64,000 bases of DNA, from contig CAWAWS010000002.1 in the NCBI GenBank assembly GCA_963785725.1, positions 64,001 to 128,000 on the forward strand, in the 5' to 3' direction. Shown here piece by piece: positions 42,363 to 52,442 of this stretch. A program made the position numbers and the translations under genes. A model generated the notes under the pieces. The model was not told where the DNA came from and did not search any database. It worked only from the letters and a program-made list of their open reading frames with translations. The DNA is from an uncultured delta proteobacterium (GTDB taxonomy: Bacteria > Myxococcota_A > Polyangia > Palsa-1104). Within the stretch, counting starts at the first letter, position 1, and each line of letters starts with the position of its first letter.

Positions 42363-43343
42363 CTAAAAGTCGATTTCGGTGCCGGCGTTGGCGTCGCGCG
42401 CGGCGCGATAACACAGCTCGGCGGCGACGAGGTCCTGCCACGCCAAGCCGACGGCGGCGAAGATGGTGATCTCGTCGGCGCTTTCGCGTCCGCGTTGACG
42501 GCCGGCCAAGACTTCGCCGAGCTCGGCGTGGATGACGCCGCCGTCGAAGTCGCCCGCGCGCGCGCCGACGTTGAGCGCGCCGTCGGTCAGCGCCAAGGCC
42601 CGATCGTCGACGATGACTTTGGCGGCGCGCACCAACTCCGGCGCCAGCTCCACCTTGCCCGGCTCGTCGGCGCCGAACGCCGAGACGTGCGCGCCGGCGG
42701 CGACGAGCGACAAGTCGAGAATGGGCGCGCGGCTCGTCGTCACCGCGATGACGATGTCGGCGCCGTCGCAGGCCGCGCGCGTCGACTCGGCGGCGCCGGC
42801 GTCTACGCCGAGGCTGCGCGTCAGCTCGCTGGCCAGCTGCGCCGAGCGCGTCGCCACCGGATCGTAGATGCGCACGCGCCCGAGCCGTCCGGTCGCCTGC
42901 AGCGCGCCCAAGTGCCACGTGCCTTGCACGCCGGCGCCGAGCAGCGCCACCGTCGACGCCTCCGGCCGCGCCAGCATCGTCACGCCGAGCGCGCCCGCCG
43001 CCGCCGTGCGCATCGCCGTCAACAGCGACGACTCGACGATGGCCCGCAGCGCGCCCGTCTCGCGCTCGATGAGCAGCACGGCGCCGCGCAAGAACGGCAA
43101 GCCCAGCGCCGGATTGGCCAGCGTCTTGGCGTTGACCTTGACCGTGTAGCAGTCGTAGCCCGAGAGCACGCCGGGAAAGTTGACGACGACCGTCGCGCCG
43201 TCGGCGATCTGCGCCCGCGCGCGCTGCGGCGCCGGCTGCATCGGCTCGGTCGAATGGCGAATGTAGGCATCGCCCATCGCCGACGCCAGCGCCGGCATCG
43301 CCAGGTGCCGCGCCACGTCCGCCCGCGACAGAAGCAGCGTCAC
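42363..43343 (-). CDS. Ornithine cyclodeaminase / mu-crystallin family protein
   Basis: LTAMRTAAAGA, GAGVQG, GADEPGKVEL, VGLAWQD. Confidence 0.9.
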   Translation of the reverse strand: MTLLLSRADVARHLAMPALASAMGDAYIRHSTEPMQPAPQRARAQIADGATVVVNFPGVLSGYDCYTVKVNAKTLANPALGLPFLRGAVLLIERETGALRAIVESSLLTAMRTAAAGALGVTMLARPEASTVALLGAGVQGTWHLGALQATGRLGRVRIYDPVATRSAQLASELTRSLGVDAGAAESTRAACDGADIVIAVTTSRAPILDLSLVAAGAHVSAFGADEPGKVELAPELVRAAKVIVDDRALALTDGALNVGARAGDFDGGVIHAELGEVLAGRQRGRESADEITIFAAVGLAWQDLVAAELCYRAARDANAGTEIDF

Positions 43344-44128
43344 GGCTTCTTCGCCGGCTTGCCCGCCGTCTTGCTCGCCTGGGCCGCCTTGATCTGCGCC
43401 GTCCGCGAGCTCTCGACTGCTTTGACCACCTTCGGCTTCGGCACCGGCATCTTCGGCTTGGCCGCGACTTTGACCTTCGGCATTTTCTTCTTCGGCAGCG
43501 CCTTGAGCCGCGCCTGCGCATAGCGCTCGGCATCCTCGTCCGACTCGAACGGCTCGTCATCCTCGTCGTCGTCGGGAGCGACGGCGGCCGCGATCGGCGC
43601 CGCCTTGACGGTCAGCTCGATCGGCCGCGTCTCGTCCGCTTCGCCACGCTTGGCGCGCTGATAACGAATGTCGACGATCGTCAGCTCGCGCGACCCGGCG
43701 TGCCATTTGACGACGAAGCTCTCGTCGAGCTGCTTGCCGATGAGCGCGTGGCCGATGGGCGACTTCCAGGAAATGCGCCCGTGCTCCGCCTCCACCTCGT
43801 CGACGCCGACGATCTGATAGACGTGGCTCTCGCCTTCGTCGTCCTCGACCTCGACCCAGGCGCCGAAGAACACGCGATCTTTGCGCGACTGGTCGGCCTC
43901 GACGACCTGCACGAACTCGAGCCGCCGCTTCAAAAAGCCGAGGCGCCGATCGATCTCGCGCAGGCGGCGCTTGCCGTAAATATAGGCGGCATTCTCCGAG
44001 CGATCGCCTTCGGCGGCGGCGTCCGACACCTCGCGCACGATGCGCGGCCGCTCGACGACGGCCAGCTCCGTCAGCTCGTCGACGAGCCGCTTGTAACCAT
44101 CCGGCGTGATGTAATTCTTTTCCGCCAT
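43340..44128 (-). CDS. greB: Transcription elongation factor GreB with acidic and Lys/Ala-rich C-terminal tail
   Basis: NYITPDGY, AAEGDRSENAAYIYGKRRLREIDRRL, VFFGAWV, ISWKSPIGHAL. Confidence 0.92.
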   Translation of the reverse strand: MAEKNYITPDGYKRLVDELTELAVVERPRIVREVSDAAAEGDRSENAAYIYGKRRLREIDRRLGFLKRRLEFVQVVEADQSRKDRVFFGAWVEVEDDEGESHVYQIVGVDEVEAEHGRISWKSPIGHALIGKQLDESFVVKWHAGSRELTIVDIRYQRAKRGEADETRPIELTVKAAPIAAAVAPDDDEDDEPFESDEDAERYAQARLKALPKKKMPKVKVAAKPKMPVPKPKVVKAVESSRTAQIKAAQASKTAGKPAKKP

Positions 44129-44184
44129 TTGTCCGTTAGCTTTTATCCGAATTCTGCGTTAATGGCTAAAGGCTGGCGCCGACG

Positions 44185-45000
44185 ATGATGAGCCGCGACG
44201 ACATTCTCGATTCGCTGACCGAGCTCGGCTTCTCGACCAACGAGGCGCGCGCTTACAAGGGACTCTTGATGGAGAGCCCGGCCACCGGCTACGAAATCGC
44301 CCAGCGCGCCGGCATTCCGCGCTCCGCCATCTACGCGGTCTTGAAGCGCCTCGAAGACGACGGCCTCGTCGCCCGCGTCGAAGAGACGCCCGCTCGCTAC
44401 GCGCCGTTGCCGCCGTCGGATCTGCTCGGCGTGTTGCGCCGCCGTTTTCAGCATTCGCTCGAGGCGCTCGACGGCAGCCTGCGTCGCCTGCGCCCGCCGC
44501 CGCCGCCCGTCGATCTGTGGAACGTCACCGGCTACGCCGAGGTGCTCGATCGCGCCGAGTCGCTGATTCACACGGCCGAAAAATACATCTTTTGCAGCCT
44601 GTGGAAGCGCGAGTCGCTGCGGCTCAAGGCGGCCTTGGAAGCGGCGGCGCGCCGCAAGGTCAAGATCATCACCTTCAGCTTCTGCGCGCTCGACGACCTG
44701 CCGGGCAAAGTCTACAGCTATCGGCTCGACGAAGAGGACTTGGAGGCGTTCTGGCGCCACAAGCTCATCCTCGTCGTCGATCACGCCCGCACGTTGATGG
44801 GTGGCGCCGAGCTGGAGTCGTCGGAAGCGGTCGTCACCGGCCATCCGGCGATCACCGAAGTGGCGCTCAACAACATCGCGCTCGACGTGACGCTCTTCGG
44901 CCAACGGCAAAAAGTCGACACCACGCCGTCGATGGTCGAGATGCTCGGCGATCGCCTAGGCTCCCTAGACCCGCTCTTCAACAAAGCCAAAAAGTCCTAA
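44185..45000 (+). CDS. TrmB-family transcriptional regulator
   Basis: LTELGFSTNEARAYKGLL...TGYEIAQRAGIPRSAIYAVLKRL. Confidence 0.9.
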   Translation: MMSRDDILDSLTELGFSTNEARAYKGLLMESPATGYEIAQRAGIPRSAIYAVLKRLEDDGLVARVEETPARYAPLPPSDLLGVLRRRFQHSLEALDGSLRRLRPPPPPVDLWNVTGYAEVLDRAESLIHTAEKYIFCSLWKRESLRLKAALEAAARRKVKIITFSFCALDDLPGKVYSYRLDEEDLEAFWRHKLILVVDHARTLMGGAELESSEAVVTGHPAITEVALNNIALDVTLFGQRQKVDTTPSMVEMLGDRLGSLDPLFNKAKKS

Positions 45001-45030
45001 CGTCGCAGCCCTAAACCGTCGCGCTCGCCG

Positions 45031-45154
45031 AGTAAAACGTCGTGAGCGGCGCAAGCGCAAGGCGGAGCGAGAAACGGAGCGGAGCGGGCTCTGTGCCCGT
45101 GAGCACCGTATCGCAGCGACAACGCCGCGATTGCGTCGCTCACGACGTTTTACT
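45031..45154. repeat. MITE/REP-like palindromic element between convergent genes
   Basis: agtaaaacgtcgtgagcggcgcaa (45031-45054) / ttgcgtcgctcacgacgttttact (45131-45154), 24-bp inverted repeat with one mismatch. Confidence 0.7.
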
Positions 45155-46034
45155 GTTTGATGGTGCCGGTGCCGCCGACGCTGCCGACGGTGCTGGTGCC
45201 GCCCGAGACGTCGATGGCGAAGCGCGCGGCGTTGGCGGTGGCGTAGATGGCGACGCGGCCGCCGCCGCCGCCGCCGCCGTTCTTGCCGGCGCCGCGACCG
45301 CCGCGGGCCAAGATCTGGCCGCCGCCGAACACCGTGTCGGCTTCGATGAGCACGCTGCCGCCGGCGCCGCCGCCGGCCGCGTCGCCGCTGCCGTCGAGGC
45401 CGTTGGCACTGATGAGCGTCAACAAGTTGAGCGAGCTGCAGGCCAGCTCGATGACACCGCCGCCGTTGCCGCCCGTGTCGCCGCCGCCGCCCGAGCCGGG
45501 CTCGCGCGGGTAGGCGCTGTCGCCGAAGGGCGCGCCGCCGCCGCAGACGCCGGGGTCGGCGCCGCCGCCGCCGTAGCCGCCGCCGGACGCGCCGGCGTCG
45601 TTGGCGCAGCCGCCGCCGGCGCCGACGCCGGTCTCGGCCAAGTCGCCGCCGCCGTTGGCCTGCAGCGTGCCCGCGATGCTGATGCTGTTGGCGCAGGCGA
45701 AGAACTGCGTGGCGTTGACGGTGGCGGTGATGGTCAGGCGATCGTACGCGTGGCAGCCGCTGACGCTGGCGCCCGACAAGTTGATGTCGCCCTCGTTGCT
45801 GGCCGGGACGCACGGCAGCTTGGCGCAGGCCGCCGGCAACACCGGGCCGCCGTCGACGAGGGTGACGCCGCCGTCGCCGACGATGCCGCTCAAATCGCCG
45901 TTGTCGCCGCTGAGATCTTGGCCGGGGACGAAGATGCCGCCGCCGTCACGGCCGAGGTCGCTGCCGCCGTACGGCAACGCGAAGACGTCGCTACAGCCGG
46001 CGCAAAAGAGCACGAGCGCCCAGCTGCGGCCCAT
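45150..46034 (-). CDS. Glycine-rich lipoprotein
   Basis: Lipobox FCAGC; GGGxGG repeats (GGNGGGVIEL, GGGAGGSVLI, GGGGGRVAI). Confidence 0.75.
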   Translation of the reverse strand: MGRSWALVLFCAGCSDVFALPYGGSDLGRDGGGIFVPGQDLSGDNGDLSGIVGDGGVTLVDGGPVLPAACAKLPCVPASNEGDINLSGASVSGCHAYDRLTITATVNATQFFACANSISIAGTLQANGGGDLAETGVGAGGGCANDAGASGGGYGGGGADPGVCGGGAPFGDSAYPREPGSGGGGDTGGNGGGVIELACSSLNLLTLISANGLDGSGDAAGGGAGGSVLIEADTVFGGGQILARGGRGAGKNGGGGGGGRVAIYATANAARFAIDVSGGTSTVGSVGGTGTIKQ

Positions 46035-46036
46035 CG

Positions 46037-47929
46037 TCACTTGCCGAGACGCGCCGATCCGGTGGCGCCGAGACGTGCTTCGTCGGCATAGCGGCCGTGC
46101 GGCTGGACCTGCAAGTAGCGCTGGTAGGCGGTGTTCGCTTCGCCTTGGCGACCGAGCGCGTGCAGGCAGCGCGCGGCGCCGATGAGCGCCTGCTGCGCGC
46201 GCGGACCGTGACCGGCCGCGACCGCCTGCAAGTGCGGCACGGCGCCCGCGCAATCGCCGAGACGATCGCGGCGCGCGCCGGCGAGGAACAGATGCGCGTC
46301 ATCGGCGTGCGGCGCTGACGGGAAACGGCGCAGATAATCCTCGAGCGCTTCCAGGCCCGCGCGCGTATCGCCGCCCGACAGCAGCGACTCGCCGCGACGG
46401 AACGCGGCCTCTTCGGCGAAGATGCCGTGGGCGAAACGGCGCTCGCTCTCGCCGTACGCGACGGCAGCGCGCAGCGGATCGCCCATGTCGTGGCCGAACG
46501 TCTGCGCCAACAGGAACTGCGCCTGCTCGGCTTCGGGACCATCCGAGCGCGCGACGCCGATGAGCAGCGGCAGCGCGCGCTCGGGCCGATGCGCCAGCCG
46601 CTCCGCCTGCGCTTGCAGGAGCGCCGCGCGATCGAGCTGGACGCGGGGCGCGTGGCCGGCGCGCAGCAGCTGCAAACGCGAAATGGCGCGATCGTACGCG
46701 CCGGCAAGGACTTCGGCTCGGGCGCGACCGAGGGCGTCGCGCGCGGCTTGGTTGGCGTCGGCGCGCGGCTGTGCGCTCGGCGCCTCGGCCGCGTGCCCCG
46801 CGGTCGGTGGCGGCTCGTCGATCGACAGCTCGAGCATCTCGGCGCGGAACAGCGTCGGCGTGCCCGCGCCGACGTCGACGCGCTCTTCGACCGGCAGGTG
46901 CCCTTCGGCGCGCACGCGCACGGCGTGACTGCCCGGCGCCACCGCCAACGACAGCGGCGCGCGACCATAATCGACGCCATCGACGGCGACCGTGGCGTCG
47001 GCGACGTCGGCGAACACATCGAGGCTCTCGGTCGGTCCCGAGGCGAGCGTCATGTCGAGCGCGCTCAGGCGCAACGCCGACTCGGCCGACAGCGCGCCCG
47101 GCGCCGTCGCGCCCGCCGCGAGCTGCGTCCCGGCCGGCACTTCGATGATGCGACCGGCGACGGCCACCCGCACGCGGCCGCGATCGCAGGCGACCTGCGT
47201 GCCCGCGGCCGACGAATCGACGAAGAAGCGCGTCCCGTGCACGCTGACCCGCGCATCGGCCGTCGCCACGATGAGCTCGGCGCCCGCCGCCAACGGATCG
47301 ACGTCGAGGACGACCGTGCCGCGCTCGAGCGTCAGCTGGCGCAGCTTGGTCAGGCTCGTCGACAGCTGCACGCGCGCACCGGTGGCGCCGCCCTCGACGG
47401 CCACGCGCGCGCCGCCCCACGTCGCCAAGACGCGGCCTTGAGGCGCGATGGTGAGCCAGCCGCGCGTCGGCACGACCATCTTGGCTTCGGCCACGGCATG
47501 ATCGTCGCCCAATTCGACGTCGGCCACGCCCTGCCGCGCGGCGATGGCGAAGCCGACATTGTCGCCGCCGCTGGCCACGGCTTCGTGACCCGCGCGCTGC
47601 GGATGCTTGAACGCCATCATCAACGCGAAGCCCGCTAGCGCGCTGGCGCACGCCGCCAGCGTCAGCCGCGACCACACCGGCCGCCGCCGCTCGAGGCGCC
47701 GGCGCACCGCCGTGATGTCTGCTTGCCGCATGAACGGCGGCTCCGCCGGCGGCTCCAGCGCCTCATGCACCGCGTCGATGCGCGCCATGGCCCGGCGACA
47801 GCGCTGGCAGCCGTCGACGTGATCGCCGATCCAACCCGCAGCCTCGGGCAACAGACGGCCGGCGCGAAACGCGAACAGCGCCTCCTCGGTCGGACCGCCT
47901 ACGTGAACGACTGGCGCGCCCGCGCTCAT
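46037..47929 (-). CDS. Anti-sigma factor with zinc-finger-like N-terminus, FecR, PEGA and TPR domains
   Basis: HVDGCQRC (HxxxCxxC), TM helix, VSVHGTRFFV (FecR), PEGA, TPR; ATGA overlap with sigma gene. Confidence 0.85.
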   Translation of the reverse strand: MSAGAPVVHVGGPTEEALFAFRAGRLLPEAAGWIGDHVDGCQRCRRAMARIDAVHEALEPPAEPPFMRQADITAVRRRLERRRPVWSRLTLAACASALAGFALMMAFKHPQRAGHEAVASGGDNVGFAIAARQGVADVELGDDHAVAEAKMVVPTRGWLTIAPQGRVLATWGGARVAVEGGATGARVQLSTSLTKLRQLTLERGTVVLDVDPLAAGAELIVATADARVSVHGTRFFVDSSAAGTQVACDRGRVRVAVAGRIIEVPAGTQLAAGATAPGALSAESALRLSALDMTLASGPTESLDVFADVADATVAVDGVDYGRAPLSLAVAPGSHAVRVRAEGHLPVEERVDVGAGTPTLFRAEMLELSIDEPPPTAGHAAEAPSAQPRADANQAARDALGRARAEVLAGAYDRAISRLQLLRAGHAPRVQLDRAALLQAQAERLAHRPERALPLLIGVARSDGPEAEQAQFLLAQTFGHDMGDPLRAAVAYGESERRFAHGIFAEEAAFRRGESLLSGGDTRAGLEALEDYLRRFPSAPHADDAHLFLAGARRDRLGDCAGAVPHLQAVAAGHGPRAQQALIGAARCLHALGRQGEANTAYQRYLQVQPHGRYADEARLGATGSARLGK

Positions 47930-48537
47930 TGCCGTCCCCCGTCGATCGGCTTCGTCATCAGCTTGCCGCGCGCCGTGCGCAGCCGCCGCTTCACCGTGCG
48001 CGTCGAGCAGTCGAGCACCGCCGCCACGTCTTCGAGCGGCAGATCTTCCACTTCGTGCAGCACGAACGCCGCCCGCTCCTCGGCGCCCAGTTGATCGAGC
48101 GCGGCGCGCGCCGACATGACCGCGCGGCCCCGATCGAGCAGCTCGTCGGGCGTCCGCGAGCCTTGCGGCAGCGTCGCCTCCTCGGCGTCGCGGCGGAACC
48201 AGCTGCGCACGCGATCGTAACGGCGCGCGCGCGCGACGACGCGGTGGCAGATGCCGAACACGAACGTCGAGACGCGCGAACGACCTTCGAAGCCATCGAT
48301 CGAGCGACACACCTGCTCGAGCGACGACTGCACCAAATCCTCGTGCTGCTCGCGATCGCGCGGCGTCGCCAGCCGATAGACGATGCGATAGATCGACGGA
48401 TAGAGCGCGGTCATGAGCAGGTTGAGCGCGGCCGGATCGCCGGCCCGATGCCGCTCGACCAGCGCGGCCAGCTGCGGCTCGGGATCGCCGGCCGCTAACG
48501 TCGCAGGGCGTTTTTGCGTTCTATCCACGAGCTGCAT
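47926..48537 (-). CDS. ECF RNA polymerase sigma factor
   Basis: EDLVQ...FEGRSRVSTFVFGI; RAAFVLHEVEDLPLEDVAAVL...TVKRRLRTAR. Confidence 0.92.
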   Translation of the reverse strand: MQLVDRTQKRPATLAAGDPEPQLAALVERHRAGDPAALNLLMTALYPSIYRIVYRLATPRDREQHEDLVQSSLEQVCRSIDGFEGRSRVSTFVFGICHRVVARARRYDRVRSWFRRDAEEATLPQGSRTPDELLDRGRAVMSARAALDQLGAEERAAFVLHEVEDLPLEDVAAVLDCSTRTVKRRLRTARGKLMTKPIDGGRQ

Positions 48538-48622
48538 GCCTCCAGTGAGTATCTCAGCGCACCAACAAGGGCCACGCTGCTGCCATCTCTGCGAGCGAGC
48601 GGAGTATAGCGAATTTCATACG

Positions 48623-49825
48623 TTATGGTGTGTCTTGTGCGTTCGATGTCGGCGCCCGTCGCAGGGTCGGTCGACCCCACGACAGCCCGAGCGTGATCTC
48701 GGCCACGGCGCGCGAAAACTCGGCCACCGTCGTCGGTCCCAGCGTCACTTTCTCGTCGGTGACGGCCAAGGTCACGTCGAGCCCGATGACCAGCGACAGC
48801 GCGCCCGCGAGCCGGAACGACAGCCGCGGCCCGATGACGAGCGCGAACGACGCCACGGCGTGCCGGCCGTCGCCGTGGGCGTCGGTGGAGAGGACGACGA
48901 GCGCCGGGCCGGCCGTGGCGTCGAACGCGACCGCGCCGCCGGAAACGCCGACGCCGGCGCGCGCGGCCAAGGCGGCGCGAAAGAAGCCGAGCGCGTGGCC
49001 GTCGAGCGTCTGGTCGGCCCCAGCCAGCGACAGCGTGCCGCCGAGCCGCAAGACCCCGCGCGTCCACAGGATCCGCGCCGCGCCACCATATAACGAAGGG
49101 TTGTCGGCGCCAAAGCCGACGATGGCGGTGGCGGCGGCGTCGAGCGACAGTCGCTCGGCCGGCGGCGCCGACGGCCGGCGGAGGCGAGCCGCCGCCTCGC
49201 GTTCGGCCGCCTCTTGCCGATCGGCCGTGCGCGCCAGCTGCTCCTGCCGCGAACGCTCGGCGGCGAGCCGCTTTTGCACGGCGTCTTCGTCCTCGTCTTG
49301 CGGGCGCGGCGGCGCCGTCACCGTCGGGTGCTCGGCGACGATCGGCGCCGGCGGCGGCGGCGGCACCGGCTGCGGCGGAATCGGCGCCGGCTGCGTCTCG
49401 GGCGGTGCCGCTTTGGGCGCGCCGTGCGGCGCCAGCACGTCGGGAAACTCGGCCGTCAAGACGTCGGAGACCAAGAGCGACAAGCTCTCCGCCAAATCCT
49501 CGGCGTCGCGATAGGGGATCTCCGCTCGTCGCTGCGCGCGCGTCTTGCCGGCGCCGCTGACTTCGACGAGGCAGCGGGCGATGTGCTTGTTGCCGACGAA
49601 GAGGCAGCTCGCCTGCGCCTCGGCGTCGGCCGGCGCGGTCACGGTCAGCGTCGAGCCGAGCTGGCGCAGGGCGACCGCGACGTGCGCCGCCGCCGCCGAC
49701 TGCAGCTGCGCCGGCCCGTGGCCGTCGACGTTGACGCCGCGCCAGCGCACCCGCGCGCCGCCCGTTTCGGCGGCGAAGCTGCTGCCGCCCACCACGAGGC
49801 AGGCGAGCATGAACCAGCGCCGCAC
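48623..49825 (-). CDS. Secreted hypothetical protein with Pro-rich linker and beta-rich C-terminus
   Basis: Signal peptide MRRWFMLACLVVGGSSFA; amphipathic beta strands at C-terminus. Confidence 0.65.
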   Translation of the reverse strand: MRRWFMLACLVVGGSSFAAETGGARVRWRGVNVDGHGPAQLQSAAAAHVAVALRQLGSTLTVTAPADAEAQASCLFVGNKHIARCLVEVSGAGKTRAQRRAEIPYRDAEDLAESLSLLVSDVLTAEFPDVLAPHGAPKAAPPETQPAPIPPQPVPPPPPAPIVAEHPTVTAPPRPQDEDEDAVQKRLAAERSRQEQLARTADRQEAAEREAAARLRRPSAPPAERLSLDAAATAIVGFGADNPSLYGGAARILWTRGVLRLGGTLSLAGADQTLDGHALGFFRAALAARAGVGVSGGAVAFDATAGPALVVLSTDAHGDGRHAVASFALVIGPRLSFRLAGALSLVIGLDVTLAVTDEKVTLGPTTVAEFSRAVAEITLGLSWGRPTLRRAPTSNAQDTP

Positions 49826-49864
49826 GCGCGCACGATAGCATGTCGTCGGTGCTACATTGCGCCC

Positions 49865-50914
49865 GTGCGCGCCCTTCCCTGCCTGCTCCTCCTGATATTA
49901 TTCGCTCGTCCCGCTTTCGCCGATGACCTCGTCATGCACTCCGAGCGCAACCTGGCGCCCGAGCAGTGCTTGCAGCTGCCGGCGGCCGACGTCGCCACGC
50001 GCTGCCCGGGCATGGGCGGTCGTCTCCTCTTCGTCGGCGGGACGCGCTACGCCATCGTCGAGCGCTACGAGCCCAAGCGTTCCACTTCGTGGTGCGACGA
50101 AGGCGACGGCCACTGGCGCTGCCGCCGCGTCGTCGTCCTCGACCGCGAATTGCGCGGCGCGCGGCGACGAAATCCGCAAGCCTACGTGACCGCCGGCGAG
50201 CTCTTGCGCCTCGTCGCCACCGCGCCGTCGTTCAAGGTCGGCGACGAGCTGGGCGCGCTCTTCGCCGGCGCCGAACGCCGCCGCAGCTGCATCGAGTCGC
50301 CGAAGATCGGCTGCGCCATCGAGGCCGCGCGGCTCAAAGTCTACGGACCGACGGGCGCGCCGCTCATCAAGCGGCGGCTGTGGCTCGTCGAGGATGCCGA
50401 TGGACCGCTCTTGCAGTGCGCCGATCAGACGCTGACCCGCTGCGACGCGCTCGATGCCGCCGGCTGGTTGGCGCTGGCCATCACACTGCGGCCGTCGTCG
50501 CAGGCGCCGGCCGGCCCGCCACCCGAGATCGACGTGCCCGACGTGCGCGCCGACCAGCGCAAGCTGCCGCCCGGCGACGTGCTCGCCGCCGCCGATGCCG
50601 CCGACACGCCCGCCGGCGCGCTCGATCCCTACGTCAAGCCGAAGTCGACGCGGTCGTTGCCGAGCGCGCCCTCGCGCGCCGACGCCGCCAAGCTGGCCCA
50701 GGCGCTCGACCAGCACGGCCGCGCCTGCCTCGAAGCCGACCGCTCCACCGTCGAGCTCACGCTCACCGGCGACGGCAACGTCATGGCGCTCGCCGTCGAC
50801 GGCGCCGGCCAGGGAGGGCCGCACGACTGCCTCTTGGCCACGGCGCGCAAGCTGCCGCTGCCGCGCTTTGCCAGCGCCACCTGGCGAATGACGGCCCTCG
50901 TTCGCAAGAAGTAG
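49865..50914 (+). CDS. Secreted Cys-rich hypothetical protein
   Basis: GTG start, signal peptide VRALPCLLLLILFARPAFA; C-terminal C...CL...PRF segment resembling AgmX/PglI C-terminal-type domains. Confidence 0.6.
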   Translation: MRALPCLLLLILFARPAFADDLVMHSERNLAPEQCLQLPAADVATRCPGMGGRLLFVGGTRYAIVERYEPKRSTSWCDEGDGHWRCRRVVVLDRELRGARRRNPQAYVTAGELLRLVATAPSFKVGDELGALFAGAERRRSCIESPKIGCAIEAARLKVYGPTGAPLIKRRLWLVEDADGPLLQCADQTLTRCDALDAAGWLALAITLRPSSQAPAGPPPEIDVPDVRADQRKLPPGDVLAAADAADTPAGALDPYVKPKSTRSLPSAPSRADAAKLAQALDQHGRACLEADRSTVELTLTGDGNVMALAVDGAGQGGPHDCLLATARKLPLPRFASATWRMTALVRKK

Positions 50915-50974
50915 CCGTTTTTGCGTCATTTCCTGCGAGCCGAAGCACCCCACGTCGTGCTATAGGAGACGGCC

Positions 50975-51316
50975 ATGGCCGAGAAGCTTGCGCAGGGTCA
51001 GGAGAAATTTGGCGCCGACGAGCGCAAATGGCGCGATGTCGGTGCCGGGTTGAGCGTGCTCGACTTGAACGAGGAGAACGGACGGCGGCTCCAGCTCGTC
51101 CGCATCACGCCCAACGGCCGCATGCTGGCGCACAAGCACGTCGGCACCGAGGTCATGTACGTCGTGCGTGGCTCGCTCACCGTCGACGGCGCGCGCCTGA
51201 AGGCCGGCGATGTCCTCGTCGCGCCGCCCAACACGGTGCACCGCGAGACGTGGAGCGCCGAGGGCTGCGAGCTGGTCCTCGAGTGCTCGCCCGACGACGA
51301 GCTGCTCCGCTCCTAA
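50975..51316 (+). CDS. Cupin domain protein
   Basis: AHKHVGTEVMYVVRG, GDVLVAPPNTVH; GGAG RBS. Confidence 0.85.
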   Translation: MAEKLAQGQEKFGADERKWRDVGAGLSVLDLNEENGRRLQLVRITPNGRMLAHKHVGTEVMYVVRGSLTVDGARLKAGDVLVAPPNTVHRETWSAEGCELVLECSPDDELLRS

Positions 51317-51587
51317 CTTCCTGCGACTCATGGCGATTGCCGAGCGTCGACCGTTGGCGTCGACGCTTGGTCGCGCCGTTACGACGAAGGCGCGCGCGAG
51401 CAGAGATAGGCTCGCCGTTGCCAGTGACGCCGATTGCAGCTCGGCGCCGAGCGACGGCGGCCTGCCGGTCCAGGCGCTCGTGTGATCGCGTGAGGTTGCG
51501 CGCAGCCCGCGAAGCCGAGCGCGAAGGAAAGCAAGGCGGTGAGCTATCAACCGCTGAATGACAGCGACCTTCTCGCAACGAGACGAG

Positions 51588-52391
51588 TTAGATGCACTTG
51601 CCGACGCAGGGCGGATTCGGAATCGTGGGCGGCAGAACGCAATGGCCTGCGCCCGTGTCGGAAGAACAGTACAGCCTGCCGTTGCACTGACCGCAGCTGT
51701 GCGGGATGTTGCAATCATCGACGACCTCACCGCAGTTGGCCGTTCCGCACCAGTCTGCTTTGGTCGTCTCTTTGGGGATGCACTGGTAGCTCGCGAGCTT
51801 GGCGAAATCCCCCGGGTCGAGAGTGATGTCCAAGCCGGGCTCGTTGCCGCCGGTGCCGAGCGGGACGTCGACGCTGCCGACCTGTCCGACGCCCTCGTCG
51901 CCGCCCTGAACCGGGAGCGCCGCCGGGATGATGCCACCGCCCGACGGCGCCGGTGTCGGCGCCGCCGGAACGAACGGGATCGTTCCCGGCATCGTCTGGA
52001 AGTAGCTCAGCTGTGCCGGCGCCAGCGAACAGTACCAGAGCTTGTCCGCGAACACCTGGGCCGGCGTCGCCTTTAGATCCGTGGCATACGCAAAGTCGGT
52101 ACTCTGCGCGAAGCCGATGGCCAGAAGGTTGAAGATACCGGTGTCCGGGTCGGCCGGAGTCGGCGTCGTGACGAGGTAGCCGGCCGTTCCGAGGTCCGCC
52201 CACGGGTTGTCGGAGCAATTGTAGACGCCGTTCGCTTCCCACATGATCGTGCAGAGCGGATTCTCGGCGGTGTTGCAGTCCGGAACGCCTCCTCCTCCCC
52301 TCACGATAACTGCAGAAGTGCTGCTACTCGTGGGCGAAACGGCACAGCCGGCAGCAACGAAAAAGACGAGGACGCTAGCGAAGGCGCGCAT
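51588..52391 (-). CDS. Cys-rich lipoprotein, paralogue A
   Basis: AGGAG RBS; lipobox AAGC; NPWA...GYLV; GQVG..VPLGTG; ends PPCVGKCI. Confidence 0.75.
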   Translation of the reverse strand: MRAFASVLVFFVAAGCAVSPTSSSTSAVIVRGGGGVPDCNTAENPLCTIMWEANGVYNCSDNPWADLGTAGYLVTTPTPADPDTGIFNLLAIGFAQSTDFAYATDLKATPAQVFADKLWYCSLAPAQLSYFQTMPGTIPFVPAAPTPAPSGGGIIPAALPVQGGDEGVGQVGSVDVPLGTGGNEPGLDITLDPGDFAKLASYQCIPKETTKADWCGTANCGEVVDDCNIPHSCGQCNGRLYCSSDTGAGHCVLPPTIPNPPCVGKCI

Positions 52392-52426
52392 GGTTCTCCT
52401 GAGCGGACGAATGTGCGACAGGACAT

Positions 52427-52442
52427 AGCAAGTCTGTTGCCG
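52427..52442 (-). promoter_or_regulatory. sigma54 (-24/-12) promoter of paralogue A
   Basis: CGGCAACAGACTTGCT (GG-N10-GC); IHF-like CAACGACTTA at 52462-52471. Confidence 0.6.
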
